This document shows positions 9,917-19,979 of a stretch of 64,000 bases of DNA, piece by piece. Made by a program: the position numbers and the translations under genes. The stretch is from a virus. Numbering within the stretch: position 1 is the stretch's first letter; every line of letters begins with the position of its first letter. Where the stretch lies: IMG/VR virus record IMGVR_UViG_3300033144_003548; one strand, given 5' to 3'. Below the pieces are notes generated by a model. It saw only the letters and a list, made by a program, of their open reading frames with translations, did no database searches and had not been told where the DNA came from.

Positions 9917-10504
9917 TTATTTCACTCCAACAATTTGTTTTCTTCTCTTTAGCTCATCATCAATGGCTTTAATCATATCGAATGAACTAATAGAAACTAA
10001 CGGTGTTCTACCCTCATAAGCAGGTGACTTGACCGCCGTTATTGCTTTAGTAGTAGTTCCAACTAACCACTCTACATCATCTTCCATTGAAGAGTCTTTG
10101 TATCTAATTTCCCACGAAAAGTTAACTGCCCTACCTTCGGATGTTTCTTTTTTGAAGAATTCAACAACATCAGGGAACTCATCATTATACAATGCACCAA
10201 TAGCCACTACTTTATTTCCCTCTTGCTGACCCTCTTTCAAAACACCGATTTGAACAGCACCAGCGTGTCCTTGAACATCCGCCTCTTCAGGTTCATAATT
10301 TGCCTTAATAGGCATATATGACATAGATTTGATCAGATTTGGAAACTCGTCTTGTCTTATGCCCTGGTTATTAGCATTAGGTTGATCATCAGCAAAAACG
10401 AGCTTGATCCAGGTTAGAAGAGGATTCTTATACTCGTCTGGAATTCCAGCCTCTGCCAAATTTTCAACAAATGCCAATGTCGTATTAAATGTTGCTTCTT
10501 TCAT
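9917..10504 (-). CDS. Putative prohead protease
   Basis: PNANNQ, GH, FSWEI and AVKSPAY motifs resemble herpes/HK97-type maturation proteases; synteny agrees. Confidence 0.6.
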   Translation of the reverse strand: MKEATFNTTLAFVENLAEAGIPDEYKNPLLTWIKLVFADDQPNANNQGIRQDEFPNLIKSMSYMPIKANYEPEEADVQGHAGAVQIGVLKEGQQEGNKVVAIGALYNDEFPDVVEFFKKETSEGRAVNFSWEIRYKDSSMEDDVEWLVGTTTKAITAVKSPAYEGRTPLVSISSFDMIKAIDDELKRRKQIVGVK

Positions 10505-10505
10505 A

Positions 10506-11006
10506 TTATTCCCACTCCCTCGGATTTGTATCCCATCCATACAGTCTACCGTATTTTGGTCGTGCCAGTTTCTTACCTGGTAATAACATATCTAATTCTC
10601 TAACATCATCTTCCAATGTAGAACTTCTTTGTCGTGCCGATTCAATATTAGAATAAGCGATCTCCTCATCCCGCCAACTAGCAACGTCACCCGATTCGGA
10701 AAATTTCTTTCCACTTTTTATCATTACAGACGCTTGCAATACTATTGGTCGTCTATCTCTGTGTTGAATTACTGGTGGTGAAGACCAATCAAATGTTACG
10801 TTAGGATTCCTGTGAACCACACCTTCATTATCCACATAATACATATCATCCCACCTACGCATCAACGCAGCTACCGCTTCCCTCAAGACCATATGAAGAT
10901 ACTCGTCAGAAAATGTCGGAGTTGGGTCATTGTCTCCGATCTGAACTCTTAGAGGTATGATTAATTCTTCTAAATTGGATGTCTTAAATGCCATTTTCAC
11001 CACCAA
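10506..11006 (-). CDS. Head-tail connector-like protein
   Basis: LRVQIGD....FSDEYL motif typical of phage adaptor proteins. Confidence 0.5.
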   Translation of the reverse strand: MVVKMAFKTSNLEELIIPLRVQIGDNDPTPTFSDEYLHMVLREAVAALMRRWDDMYYVDNEGVVHRNPNVTFDWSSPPVIQHRDRRPIVLQASVMIKSGKKFSESGDVASWRDEEIAYSNIESARQRSSTLEDDVRELDMLLPGKKLARPKYGRLYGWDTNPREWE

Positions 11007-11060
11007 AATTATACTTAGAAATGTGTCCTACAAATTTCTGACTACCTATGTCCTTCGCTA

Positions 11061-11327
11061 TCAAATTGTCTCCTTAACTTCCACCACCTGTCTTGAGGTA
11101 AATGTTTCTTGACCGACTACGTAATCAAAATCAATTACATATACACCGATCTCATCAGGTTGCCACAAGCAATGCACAGTTTGATCTTGAACTCCACCAA
11201 CACCACTGGCAACAACGCTCTCATCTTCCGTGTCATAGATTGTATATGTAACACCAGATATAGTCAAAGGAGCACTGCTAACAACTGCGTATGCGTATCT
11301 CTTTTCTCCGATAGTCCAAGGTTTCAT
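11061..11327 (-). CDS. Small beta-sandwich protein, probably virion-associated
   Basis: 88 aa with an all-beta pattern. Confidence 0.4.
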   Translation of the reverse strand: MKPWTIGEKRYAYAVVSSAPLTISGVTYTIYDTEDESVVASGVGGVQDQTVHCLWQPDEIGVYVIDFDYVVGQETFTSRQVVEVKETI

Positions 11328-11423
11328 TAGTCCTCTATTTCCTCCACATTCTTATATTACACTTCCCCAAGAGGCACTCTATAAGTACCGTCTAACTTAT
11401 CAATAGGCATTTACGCCCTCTAC

Positions 11424-11460
11424 TATATATATTACCATTTTTTGGGCGTTTCTTCCCAAA
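11424..11460 (-). promoter_or_regulatory. Candidate non-sigma70 (late?) promoter, copy 1
   Basis: TTTGGGAAGA-N9-AAAATGGTAATATATATA; identical blocks recur at 29765-29801. Confidence 0.55.
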
Positions 11461-11494
11461 TAACGGCTAGGTTAATTTTAACGAAACTTCTAAA

Positions 11495-12640
11495 CTAAGA
11501 AATAAAAGATAATCTACCAGAATTTGCCCTAACCAAAGTCTTATATACCTTATTCGCTACAACCTTCCAAGAGAATTTATCACGCATACTTTGCTCTAGT
11601 GCTTCGTTGCCTCTTAAAGCTAGAAACTCTCTGTCTTTATACAACAACTCTAACTTATCAGCAAGACTATCCTCACTGATAACTCCACCAATAAAAGACG
11701 TTCCTGCTAAATACTCCTCACGAGCTATGTCTATAAACTCCGCTCCCTGAGTCCATATATCCTTTAAATTGCCGTGTGGTGGGCAGAGGACTGGAACAGC
11801 ACAAGCAGCACCTTCGATTAAGGATAAACCAAAGCCCTCCCCAAGAGAAGTATTAACATTCACATCCATTATATTGTAGAGCATATTAATCTTCTCAAAA
11901 TCCAAAGGTGAGCCACTTAGTATGGTCTTATCGGAGATATTAAAATCCTTAACAAGAGTTGGAAGATCGTAAGCTATATCCTTGTTTGTTGCGTGAATCA
12001 AACATTTTACATCGTTCTTACCCTTAGCAAACTTGGCGAAACCCGATAAGAACAAATCTAGTCTCTTTCTATATGTATTGGTATTGTTATTGCCAACAAC
12101 AAAAAGCCCCTCTACACCTAAGCTGGCTTTGGCATCAGGAATCTTAAAGAAGACAGAAGGAGCAACACCGTGATAAATAGCTGTAACATCAAGGTTAGGG
12201 TTTATCTCTTCAACCTTCTTCTTAGAGTAGTCGGTATAAGTCATAACTGATTCGATACCATATCTAGAGAATTCCAACATCCTACCAGCATCAATAGGTA
12301 AGAGATTAACAGGAAACAGAGGAACAATTCGTGGTGGTGATGCTAAATCATTTAATAGCGTTCCCAAATACTTTTCGATTATGTGGTCATCATTGAACAG
12401 CACAACTACATCAGGAGTTTCTTCCTTTATAACAGTAGATAAATAATCAAAGGAATACATATCACCTAGTGCAGTCTGTGCTGGATAGATATAGTATGGA
12501 TAAGGATGTCTCTTCCTACCATCATATCTAATACCGTACACTATTAATTCACACTTTGTATAGAGTTCATTACATATGTTGTGCGTAACTATACTAAATC
12601 CTGAATTTACGATAGCATCACCAACCCACAAAACCTTCAT
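11495..12640 (-). CDS. GT-B glycosyltransferase (GT4-like), paralog of 4580-5881
   Basis: MKVLWVGD..SGF, YHGV, NTNTYRKRLDLF, EGFGLSLIEGAAC. Confidence 0.9.
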   Translation of the reverse strand: MKVLWVGDAIVNSGFSIVTHNICNELYTKCELIVYGIRYDGRKRHPYPYYIYPAQTALGDMYSFDYLSTVIKEETPDVVVLFNDDHIIEKYLGTLLNDLASPPRIVPLFPVNLLPIDAGRMLEFSRYGIESVMTYTDYSKKKVEEINPNLDVTAIYHGVAPSVFFKIPDAKASLGVEGLFVVGNNNTNTYRKRLDLFLSGFAKFAKGKNDVKCLIHATNKDIAYDLPTLVKDFNISDKTILSGSPLDFEKINMLYNIMDVNVNTSLGEGFGLSLIEGAACAVPVLCPPHGNLKDIWTQGAEFIDIAREEYLAGTSFIGGVISEDSLADKLELLYKDREFLALRGNEALEQSMRDKFSWKVVANKVYKTLVRANSGRLSFIS

Positions 12641-12651
12641 AATTCCTCTCC

Positions 12652-13170
12652 TTATATCGTGTTAGGACCCCAGGTAATTCTCCTATGTTGAGGTGACCTC
12701 TTAATATTAGGAACTTTGGTAACTATTTCTCTCTCTTCCGATTCACCTTTAACGGGTTCGTATACAGTCACACGCTTCACCTCAACTGCTGAATCCCAAT
12801 CAACGGTCACGTCATCGCCAGACATTGACCAGTTAACTTTATACATCTTTGCTCCCTTTTCAACAATGATATAATCATCAAAAACGTCTGCAACCCAAGG
12901 TCCCGTAGGTGGTGATTCAACGATCTGAGATGGACCCATAATAGCCTCACGAATCTTCTTTTCAAGCTCCCAAAGCTCTTCTCTCATACTAAGCTCAGCA
13001 TCCTCTTCCTCACTCTTTTTCACTTTCCAATTATTCTTTTTTAACTGAGCCTTGCAAATAGCAATTGCACGACTCTCTGGATATTTAGGGTTAGATTCCA
13101 TTACAGACTCTACACACCTCTCCATCCATCTAGTCTGCTCAGGCTTTTCATTAGGTATTCCATATGGCAT
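12652..13170 (-). CDS. Hypothetical head-module protein
   Basis: 172 aa with an N-terminal MERCVESV..RAIAIC helical motif. Confidence 0.55.
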   Translation of the reverse strand: MPYGIPNEKPEQTRWMERCVESVMESNPKYPESRAIAICKAQLKKNNWKVKKSEEEDAELSMREELWELEKKIREAIMGPSQIVESPPTGPWVADVFDDYIIVEKGAKMYKVNWSMSGDDVTVDWDSAVEVKRVTVYEPVKGESEEREIVTKVPNIKRSPQHRRITWGPNTI

Positions 13171-13173
13171 TTT

Positions 13174-13278
13174 TTACTCATCCTCCCTAAAGATTAAAGG
13201 GGTAAATTCGGTGCATCCACATTCGCACTCTTCTACCTCATCACTAACAACTCTGTGGCATTCATTACATACTTTCAT
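13174..13278 (-). CDS. 34-aa zinc-ribbon peptide (not in ORF track)
   Basis: MKVCNECHRVVSDEVEECECGCTEFTPLIFREDE; fills the gap and overlaps the upstream stop as ATGA. Confidence 0.5.
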   Translation of the reverse strand: MKVCNECHRVVSDEVEECECGCTEFTPLIFREDE

Positions 13279-13856
13279 CTCAGTATCAAACAAACTCTAC
13301 GATTGTCATCAACCAAATCTTTCCTTGCCACTTCAAACCCATCTAGAAGATAATTCAGTGTTTCATCGTTATAAACACGCATCCAATTATCTCCCCACCT
13401 AGATTTATCCGCTCTCCAATTACCGTAAGGAATGGTAACAAACATAAAACCACTATCAGTCAGAAGCTCTCTACTAGCAATTAAAGCTTGCCTATCACCC
13501 CCCTCGTCAATCCAAGTATTATGATAAGCCTTCAAACCGATGTGTTCAAGACTAGACATAAAAATAATGTCATCAAACTTTACATCAAACGAATAATCTC
13601 TAATGTCACCGATAACGAAGTTATACTTTTTATCAGAAAAGTCACCCCAACAAGATCTCTCATTTATATCTATACCCCAAACCGTTTCATAATAGCTAAC
13701 TAAGAAGTCAGCCAATCTACTCTCCTGACAACCGACATCAAGAACACACCCCTTATATCTTATATTTTCTAAAATCCACCTAAGCTCTGGAACAGTCCCC
13801 GCATTAAAATTGCCTTTTATTGGGTATTTAGCCACAAGCTCAGAATATTTATCCAT
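13275..13856 (-). CDS. Class I SAM-dependent methyltransferase
   Basis: VLDVGC, GID and SSLEHIG motifs. Confidence 0.8.
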   Translation of the reverse strand: MDKYSELVAKYPIKGNFNAGTVPELRWILENIRYKGCVLDVGCQESRLADFLVSYYETVWGIDINERSCWGDFSDKKYNFVIGDIRDYSFDVKFDDIIFMSSLEHIGLKAYHNTWIDEGGDRQALIASRELLTDSGFMFVTIPYGNWRADKSRWGDNWMRVYNDETLNYLLDGFEVARKDLVDDNRRVCLILR

Positions 13857-14589
13857 TCTTTCTCCAAAACAGAGAAGCTGACGTGAAGTTCACTGGTCTG
13901 GACGGAAAGTGCGTCCTGCCCCTCAGATACTCTGGTTCTAAATTTTTTGGGTTACTGCTTTGATAAGTATTCACTGGTTCTACTACAAGTAAACCAACCT
14001 CTTTCTCGATAATCTCCAGTACATTGTTATCAAAGTACAGGATGTTACCAAATTTAATAATCTCATTAGTAGGTTCTAAATTCCACTCTGTAGTCATCCC
14101 ACAAACACCACCAACTTTAAGAGTTCTTTTTATCTCTTTGAAGCACTGTAGAATATCTGGTAGCTCACCTATGTGCTCTACCGATGATGAACTCCAAATT
14201 ACATCAAAAGTATTGTCCTCGAATTCGATGTGCTTCATATCCATTGGCATAACAGTCAATCTGGCTCTATCATAGGGAATTTTATTAAACCTATAAATTT
14301 GTTCTGGTGTATAGTTGTGCTTCCCCCAAAACTTACTGGGATAATAGGCTATATCAGTGGCATAAACGTGACCAAAATAATTAGCAAGCAAGAAAATAAG
14401 TGGTTCTCTCAAACAACCCAGTCCTAAAGCAATCTTCTCGTTACCAAAGCACCTCAATCTCTTAAAACCATAGCTTAATATGAAATTCTCCCAACTTTTC
14501 CTACGAACCCCAAACGTTGCAAATTCTCTAACTTCATTAAACTCTGGTGAAGAGAAATCATCGTAATCAAAAACTTTATTTAGGTTCAT
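13849..14589 (-). CDS. Class I SAM-dependent methyltransferase
   Basis: ALGLGC, FDVIWSSSSVEH and LKVGG motifs. Confidence 0.8.
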   Translation of the reverse strand: MNLNKVFDYDDFSSPEFNEVREFATFGVRRKSWENFILSYGFKRLRCFGNEKIALGLGCLREPLIFLLANYFGHVYATDIAYYPSKFWGKHNYTPEQIYRFNKIPYDRARLTVMPMDMKHIEFEDNTFDVIWSSSSVEHIGELPDILQCFKEIKRTLKVGGVCGMTTEWNLEPTNEIIKFGNILYFDNNVLEIIEKEVGLLVVEPVNTYQSSNPKNLEPEYLRGRTHFPSRPVNFTSASLFWRKNG

Positions 14590-15901
14590 TTAATCCGCTC
14601 TCTAATACTTCCAGTACCTTAGCTATGCTACTATCACTTATAACACTGGGTGGTTTTATTTTGAGAACATTACCTAGTCCAGCGTGCTTATCACAACCAA
14701 ACACGACACCACCTTTGTAGATACCATAGTCAATAACTTTCTGCACCTTCTCTGGATATGGTTCTTTGGTATCTGGATTTTTAACTAGCTCAACACCAAT
14801 AAGCAATCCTTCCTGTCTAATATCACCAATTATAGGATACTTCTCTTGAAGCTTAATGAGTTCGGATTCAAATATTTTACCTTTCTCATCAGCTTGCTCA
14901 CATATCTTCTCTTCCTCTATGATTTTTAGGGCTTCTATACCAGCAACCATACTTAATGGGAAACTAGCAAATGTAAATGTTTGATCACCACCCCTAAAAT
15001 CGAACTCATCTCCGTATAGTGTAGCTGCAAGAGGAAATCCTCCACCCAGTGCTTTACCAACTGTCATAATATCTGGTTTAAACCCATAGTAATCTGCTGC
15101 AAACAGCGAACTCAACTTACCAAAGGCGGTTTGCATCTCGTCTGCAACCATAATAACACTATACTTATCACACAACCCACGCAACAACCTGTGATATTCG
15201 TACGGAAATGTTATTTGCCCACCATTACCTTGAATGGGTTCATATATAATAGCACTTGGTCTCTTTTTTGAAAATATCCTCTCAGTTTCTTCTAAGCATT
15301 CGTAACTACAGCTACCTCTAGATTTACCAAATTTACACCTGTAGCAATAAGGACTTGGTAATCTTACAACCTCAGTTTTTAAAACATCAAATTCTGGTTT
15401 TTCCTTATAATCCCAACTCAACGAACCAGTTGCTAAACTCCTCCCGCAAAACCCAGTATCAAGAACCGCTATCGGTGATTTAGGGTACTTTATTAGAATT
15501 AGCTTTATTGCTCCCTCAACTGCAAGAGAACCGTGCAGACAGAAATTTACTTTGGTTAAATTGTCTGGTACGATATTAATTAACTTATAAGCTAACTCTA
15601 ATTTAGGAATTGTATAATAACTGGGACGGATGTGAACAAGTCCGCTATCCATTGTCTTCTTGACCGCTTCTATAACTCTAGGATGACTATGCCCAATTGT
15701 AGCCGTCCAGCCTTGGGAGCAACAATCAACATACGAATCTCCCCACTCGTCATATATAAACTCTCTTTCTGCACGAGCAATAACAAAGAACCTATCTAAG
15801 TCACCAGCACTGGCAACACCCAATCTCTTTTTAGGCTCTTTAAGAATTTCTAAGTCTATCGCTTTATTCCTGCCAATTTGGTGAAAATCTATCGTAGTCA
15901 T
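14576..15901 (-). CDS. Class III PLP-dependent aminotransferase
   Basis: EPIQGNGG, ADEMQTAFG, PDIMTVGKALGGG; likely start at 15901. Confidence 0.9.
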   Translation of the reverse strand: MTTIDFHQIGRNKAIDLEILKEPKKRLGVASAGDLDRFFVIARAEREFIYDEWGDSYVDCCSQGWTATIGHSHPRVIEAVKKTMDSGLVHIRPSYYTIPKLELAYKLINIVPDNLTKVNFCLHGSLAVEGAIKLILIKYPKSPIAVLDTGFCGRSLATGSLSWDYKEKPEFDVLKTEVVRLPSPYCYRCKFGKSRGSCSYECLEETERIFSKKRPSAIIYEPIQGNGGQITFPYEYHRLLRGLCDKYSVIMVADEMQTAFGKLSSLFAADYYGFKPDIMTVGKALGGGFPLAATLYGDEFDFRGGDQTFTFASFPLSMVAGIEALKIIEEEKICEQADEKGKIFESELIKLQEKYPIIGDIRQEGLLIGVELVKNPDTKEPYPEKVQKVIDYGIYKGGVVFGCDKHAGLGNVLKIKPPSVISDSSIAKVLEVLESGLNEPK

Positions 15902-16958
15902 ATCTCTTCTCCATAGCAGGTGCTCTGGTAATTTCCATACCAAACCTGCGATAAAAGTCTTCTTTCCCAGGGTCAGCAATCAAGAATACTTTGATTGGGT
16001 TAAGCATCTCAGCTTTCCTGAACAACTCCTTGACAATAGTAGTTCCTACCCCAATACCTTGATAGGCAGGTCTTACCATAACATCCCAAATAGCAACTGC
16101 ATAAGCACCATCTGTAAAATATCTTCCAGAACCAATAACCCTACCATTTCTCCTCACCACTGCAAAGGTGGAATTTTTAATGATGGTGCTGTCTCTTTCA
16201 AGATTACGCATACTCAGATGTAAACCACCAAACTCCCCCATATCCTTATAAAGAGAATTAAGCTCCTTTAGAGTGATACTATCACCAAGCTCCAGTTCGG
16301 GTGCGTCAAACATTTTCTTTGCTTGTTCATACTCCTCTGGAGTATCTATTTCCATCCAGTCATACCTAACAAATTCTGGTATTGCGTGAAAGGAACTAAT
16401 GTGCTTACGAACTATGGACACCAACTCCTCTTTTTCCACATTGTTAAGTTGTTTTGCCAGCCTTCTCACAAACTCTGGAGGATAAACTGCCAGTCCAAGC
16501 ATCACACAGTAATCATATTCACGACCAATATCAGTAATTCTATTATTGAAGTCTACTTTTATACCAAGCTCACCTGGACTCCAATGGTGCTTTAGGTTGT
16601 CAACAAAATATTGGAACTTCGGTTGAATGTCAAAGTAGATACGGTAATCTAACATTAGATCACCATCCACGCAGATAACAAAGTCCTCAGTTCCACATTT
16701 ATCTAAGGCTAATTTGAAACTATAAGCATTTCCTGTAGTCTCAAATCTATCGTTACGAACATACTCTACTGAATCTCCAAAATCGGGGAGCATCTCACTT
16801 TTGTAGCCAGTGACCACATAAACTTTATCAACCCCAATATCCCTTAGACCAGTAATCTTATGTTCTAGTATTGTCTTACCATCTAATTTTAGCAGTGATT
16901 TGGGGAAATCAATTCCCATTCGTGAACCCTTACCTGCTGCTAATATTATTGCTTTCAT
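15864..16958 (-). CDS. LicC-like nucleotidyltransferase fused to a C-terminal GNAT acetyltransferase
   Basis: ILAAGKGSRM..PKSLL and WMEIDTPEEY; C-terminal DVMVRPAYQGIGVG..FYRRFG. Confidence 0.85.
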   Translation of the reverse strand: MKAIILAAGKGSRMGIDFPKSLLKLDGKTILEHKITGLRDIGVDKVYVVTGYKSEMLPDFGDSVEYVRNDRFETTGNAYSFKLALDKCGTEDFVICVDGDLMLDYRIYFDIQPKFQYFVDNLKHHWSPGELGIKVDFNNRITDIGREYDYCVMLGLAVYPPEFVRRLAKQLNNVEKEELVSIVRKHISSFHAIPEFVRYDWMEIDTPEEYEQAKKMFDAPELELGDSITLKELNSLYKDMGEFGGLHLSMRNLERDSTIIKNSTFAVVRRNGRVIGSGRYFTDGAYAVAIWDVMVRPAYQGIGVGTTIVKELFRKAEMLNPIKVFLIADPGKEDFYRRFGMEITRAPAMEKRYDYDRFSPNWQE

Positions 16959-17595
16959 TATCTAACCTCATTACATAAACTCTATCCCACACCATATCAA
17001 CTAATCTCTTCGCTTTAAGACTATCACTAATCTTCTGTTGAAGCAGACTGTCCACAGGTGCTAATAGTTTTATCCACTCCTCACGTGGTCGAAGATTTAT
17101 ATGAGTAGGATCACTTTTTCCTCGACCAATCGTTAGAACTGCCTTGCTAGTCCCAATTCTCCTAATTTCTCTGATTGCTTGCTCGGTAAGTTCGGGTGGC
17201 AAATGTTCCATTACTTCCAAGCAAACTACCAAATCAAAAGTGCTATCATCAAATCTTGATAAGTCGGTCATAGAACCTTCAATTATCAAATCACGAACTG
17301 GTGATTCACGGATCATAAAATCAGCTATCTCTACACCGATAATGTCTATATCAAGTTGTTTAAATCTCTCTACATCAAACCCTATGCCACACCCTAATGA
17401 AATAGCTTTTTTAGGTTTGCCATAGAACTCCACAATAGTATCAACTATTTTATGATTGTATGGTCTATATCTGTTGAAGTAGCTTTTCTTAGTAAACGTC
17501 CCTCCTCCACCACCTACACCCTTCGCCCCCCAATAAGCATACTCCTCATTAGCTACCACAGAGTACTTGTCAGTATCTACACCAAACTTATCCAC
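16930..17595 (-). CDS. Class I SAM-dependent methyltransferase
   Basis: SLGCGIG and FDLVVCLEVMEH motifs. Confidence 0.85.
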   Translation of the reverse strand: MDKFGVDTDKYSVVANEEYAYWGAKGVGGGGGTFTKKSYFNRYRPYNHKIVDTIVEFYGKPKKAISLGCGIGFDVERFKQLDIDIIGVEIADFMIRESPVRDLIIEGSMTDLSRFDDSTFDLVVCLEVMEHLPPELTEQAIREIRRIGTSKAVLTIGRGKSDPTHINLRPREEWIKLLAPVDSLLQQKISDSLKAKRLVDMVWDRVYVMRLDNESNNISSR

Positions 17596-18532
17596 AAATT
17601 TCCTCTATCTTATCAACTATCTTTTGCGTTGACTTACCATCACAATATCCAAGAGCTTTCTCTACCCAATATTCTCTTCTCCCTTTATACTTGTCTGAGT
17701 TGGCTAAACTACTCTCTACTGCTTGTTTAAGACCCGACAAATCGTCACGAGAAACTATCTCACCGAGATCAAGACTTTCAGTCATATTTTCTTTAGCTAT
17801 CTTCAAGTAACTAGGATATTGAGGATTATCAATTAACACAATTGGTTTATCAAGAAGAGCAAACTCAAAAACCAGACTAGAAACATCTCCTATAAGCAAA
17901 TCACAACCCAAGAGATAGTCAAACTTCCTATCATAATTAGACGCAACCTTCAAATGATATTCATATTTGTTCTTATAACTACACATTTCGTGAGGCATAA
18001 AAATTACATTACAATTAGGAAGCGATTTCACAATGTCCATAAGCTTATCGGCATTGCCAGGTGGTTGAGATGTGTTACTTTTGGTATAGGTAGGAGCAAA
18101 CAAGATCAGAGGTTTATTATCTGCTATCCCGTGACACCTCTTGACAAACTCCTTAAATTCGTGTTGTTTACTCTTATTGTTTATGTAGTAATCTGCCTTG
18201 GACCACCCTAAACCAAGAATATTGCCACGCAAGTTATCTTCAAAAAACTTGCTCGGAACAATTACGTAATCCCATTCAGGGTACTCTTGTGCCCAGTTCT
18301 TTATGAATGAGACTCCGTGAAAAATGAGAAAAGAAGGCTTAATAGGAGGTTTTTTGCAAATCCAACTTCCAGTTTGACACCCCAAACTACCTCTAACATT
18401 CTTGTCTATATTGTAACTACTTGCTTTACCAGCTATAACCACCCAACCTCGCTTCCTCAACTCATCTTCAATAGGACTAAGAACTAGATCGTACTGAGTA
18501 AAGTCACGGATTATCTGGAACTTCTTCTCCAT
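17588..18532 (-). CDS. CDP-glycerol glycerophosphotransferase (TagF/TagB-like) family protein
   Basis: FHG, ILFAPTY, DLLIGDVSSLVFEFALLDKPIV and DGKSTQKI motifs; likely start at 18532. Confidence 0.8.
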   Translation of the reverse strand: MEKKFQIIRDFTQYDLVLSPIEDELRKRGWVVIAGKASSYNIDKNVRGSLGCQTGSWICKKPPIKPSFLIFHGVSFIKNWAQEYPEWDYVIVPSKFFEDNLRGNILGLGWSKADYYINNKSKQHEFKEFVKRCHGIADNKPLILFAPTYTKSNTSQPPGNADKLMDIVKSLPNCNVIFMPHEMCSYKNKYEYHLKVASNYDRKFDYLLGCDLLIGDVSSLVFEFALLDKPIVLIDNPQYPSYLKIAKENMTESLDLGEIVSRDDLSGLKQAVESSLANSDKYKGRREYWVEKALGYCDGKSTQKIVDKIEEICG

Positions 18533-19976
18533 CCCTTTCACTCCTACCAAAACCACCACCAGGTGAAGAGAATGGAACGAATGGAGCTTCACGGATATTC
18601 TTCTCCTTGTAGTCCTGATCTTCCTTAGCAATTCTCTCCATCTCAGTAGCTTGATCAATACCTTGCAATTGGAGTCTAGTCCTCCTTGACATAGAACCCT
18701 CTCTATACAAATCCCTTGTAATAATATTCAGGTCAACTAAACTGTATAATCTCATTGGTGTAAAGGCTGGAACAGGGGCATTCTTAAAACTATTCTTCTC
18801 CTTTATCTCATCGTATAGATCCACAGTCCAAGCAAGAAGTTTAGACCTAATCGCCTCAAGAGTAGCGATAGGTGAAAAAGTAGCAATGTCAGAACCACCC
18901 TCAACGTTTGACCTTAAAGTTTCACCAGTAATTAGTGTACGAGGAAAGCCAAAACCAGCAATAATGTCATCATCAACTGTACTGTACTTCTCTCTGTTCA
19001 GCATAGCTGCGGTATCAGGAGCTACCCACTCAATAGTTAGAGTGTGGTTAGCAAAAAGCTGGAAAACCTTCTCAACCTGACCCTTTGCAGTTCTATAGTT
19101 CATTTGACTCTTAATGTAATCAAAATCTTTGTCGTCTGTCACAGGAAAATCATCACTACCAAGTTTTATCAATTGGATAGCAGCGATAACTCTCGCTGCA
19201 ATAGAATAATCCATTTTCCTCAAATTTCTCTTGTGCATCAAAGCCTCTAAAGCGTTTGTCATATATGGAATAGGATATGGATCTTCTGGCAAACATCTTG
19301 ACAGAATCGGTCTTACGTTCTCCAAAAGGATTTCGACCTTAGTTCCTCTTTGATTCTGAATCGCTTTAACAAATTCAGGGTAATTGTCTACAAAGGCTTG
19401 ATACGTTTCCTTATCTACAGACCCGTCTGGTCTTTTCCCTTTGTTCTTGATGAACTGAACAGTCTCTGAACTAACCTGAACATAATAATCTTTTCTGTTT
19501 GGAATAGGAGACGATTTAACTGTTATAGTAGCGGGGTCTCTAAACCAAATATTATCGGGGACCCAAACCCTCGTTCTTGAATTTAGAAGAGGAGTCAACT
19601 TTGCACCACTAACTCTTGCCCACTCATAATGAGGCACAACTAGACCAGATAGCAGATATTCCAAGCAAACGTTTCTGTAGAATTCTTCAAGCATACTATG
19701 TAAAGACTCATAAACGGCAAACTCTTCGTCAGTACATTGAGCTTTTTGATTCATTAAAGGAGAAATCGCAAAGTCTACCATTTTGTTTGTCACAGTACCA
19801 GCAATTGGGTCGTGCTTATAAAAGAAACGACACATCTTGATTAAATCCTTATATTTCTTTGGTAGTTCCATATAATCAACAACACTACCAAAGACAGTGC
19901 CTGTCTGATTAGGATCATCAAGTAAATTAACTGATGCTTGTGCCAGTTTTAAATTCTTTTTAGTTGTTGCTGCCAT
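18504..19976 (-). CDS. Portal protein
   Basis: 490 aa directly after the terminase; helical pattern and IIAGFGFP motif. Confidence 0.75.
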   Translation of the reverse strand: MAATTKKNLKLAQASVNLLDDPNQTGTVFGSVVDYMELPKKYKDLIKMCRFFYKHDPIAGTVTNKMVDFAISPLMNQKAQCTDEEFAVYESLHSMLEEFYRNVCLEYLLSGLVVPHYEWARVSGAKLTPLLNSRTRVWVPDNIWFRDPATITVKSSPIPNRKDYYVQVSSETVQFIKNKGKRPDGSVDKETYQAFVDNYPEFVKAIQNQRGTKVEILLENVRPILSRCLPEDPYPIPYMTNALEALMHKRNLRKMDYSIAARVIAAIQLIKLGSDDFPVTDDKDFDYIKSQMNYRTAKGQVEKVFQLFANHTLTIEWVAPDTAAMLNREKYSTVDDDIIAGFGFPRTLITGETLRSNVEGGSDIATFSPIATLEAIRSKLLAWTVDLYDEIKEKNSFKNAPVPAFTPMRLYSLVDLNIITRDLYREGSMSRRTRLQLQGIDQATEMERIAKEDQDYKEKNIREAPFVPFSSPGGGFGRSERDGEEVPDNP

Positions 19977-19979
19977 TTA

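Noticed and set aside
13174-13278. Similarity of the 34-aa peptide to archaeal Spt4
   Set aside because: Only generic zinc-ribbon residues match and the Spt4 C-terminal half is missing.
15290-15360. PYCYRC..C..C in the aminotransferase as another module copy
   Set aside because: This is a common class III aminotransferase feature and lacks the RFxCxT pattern.
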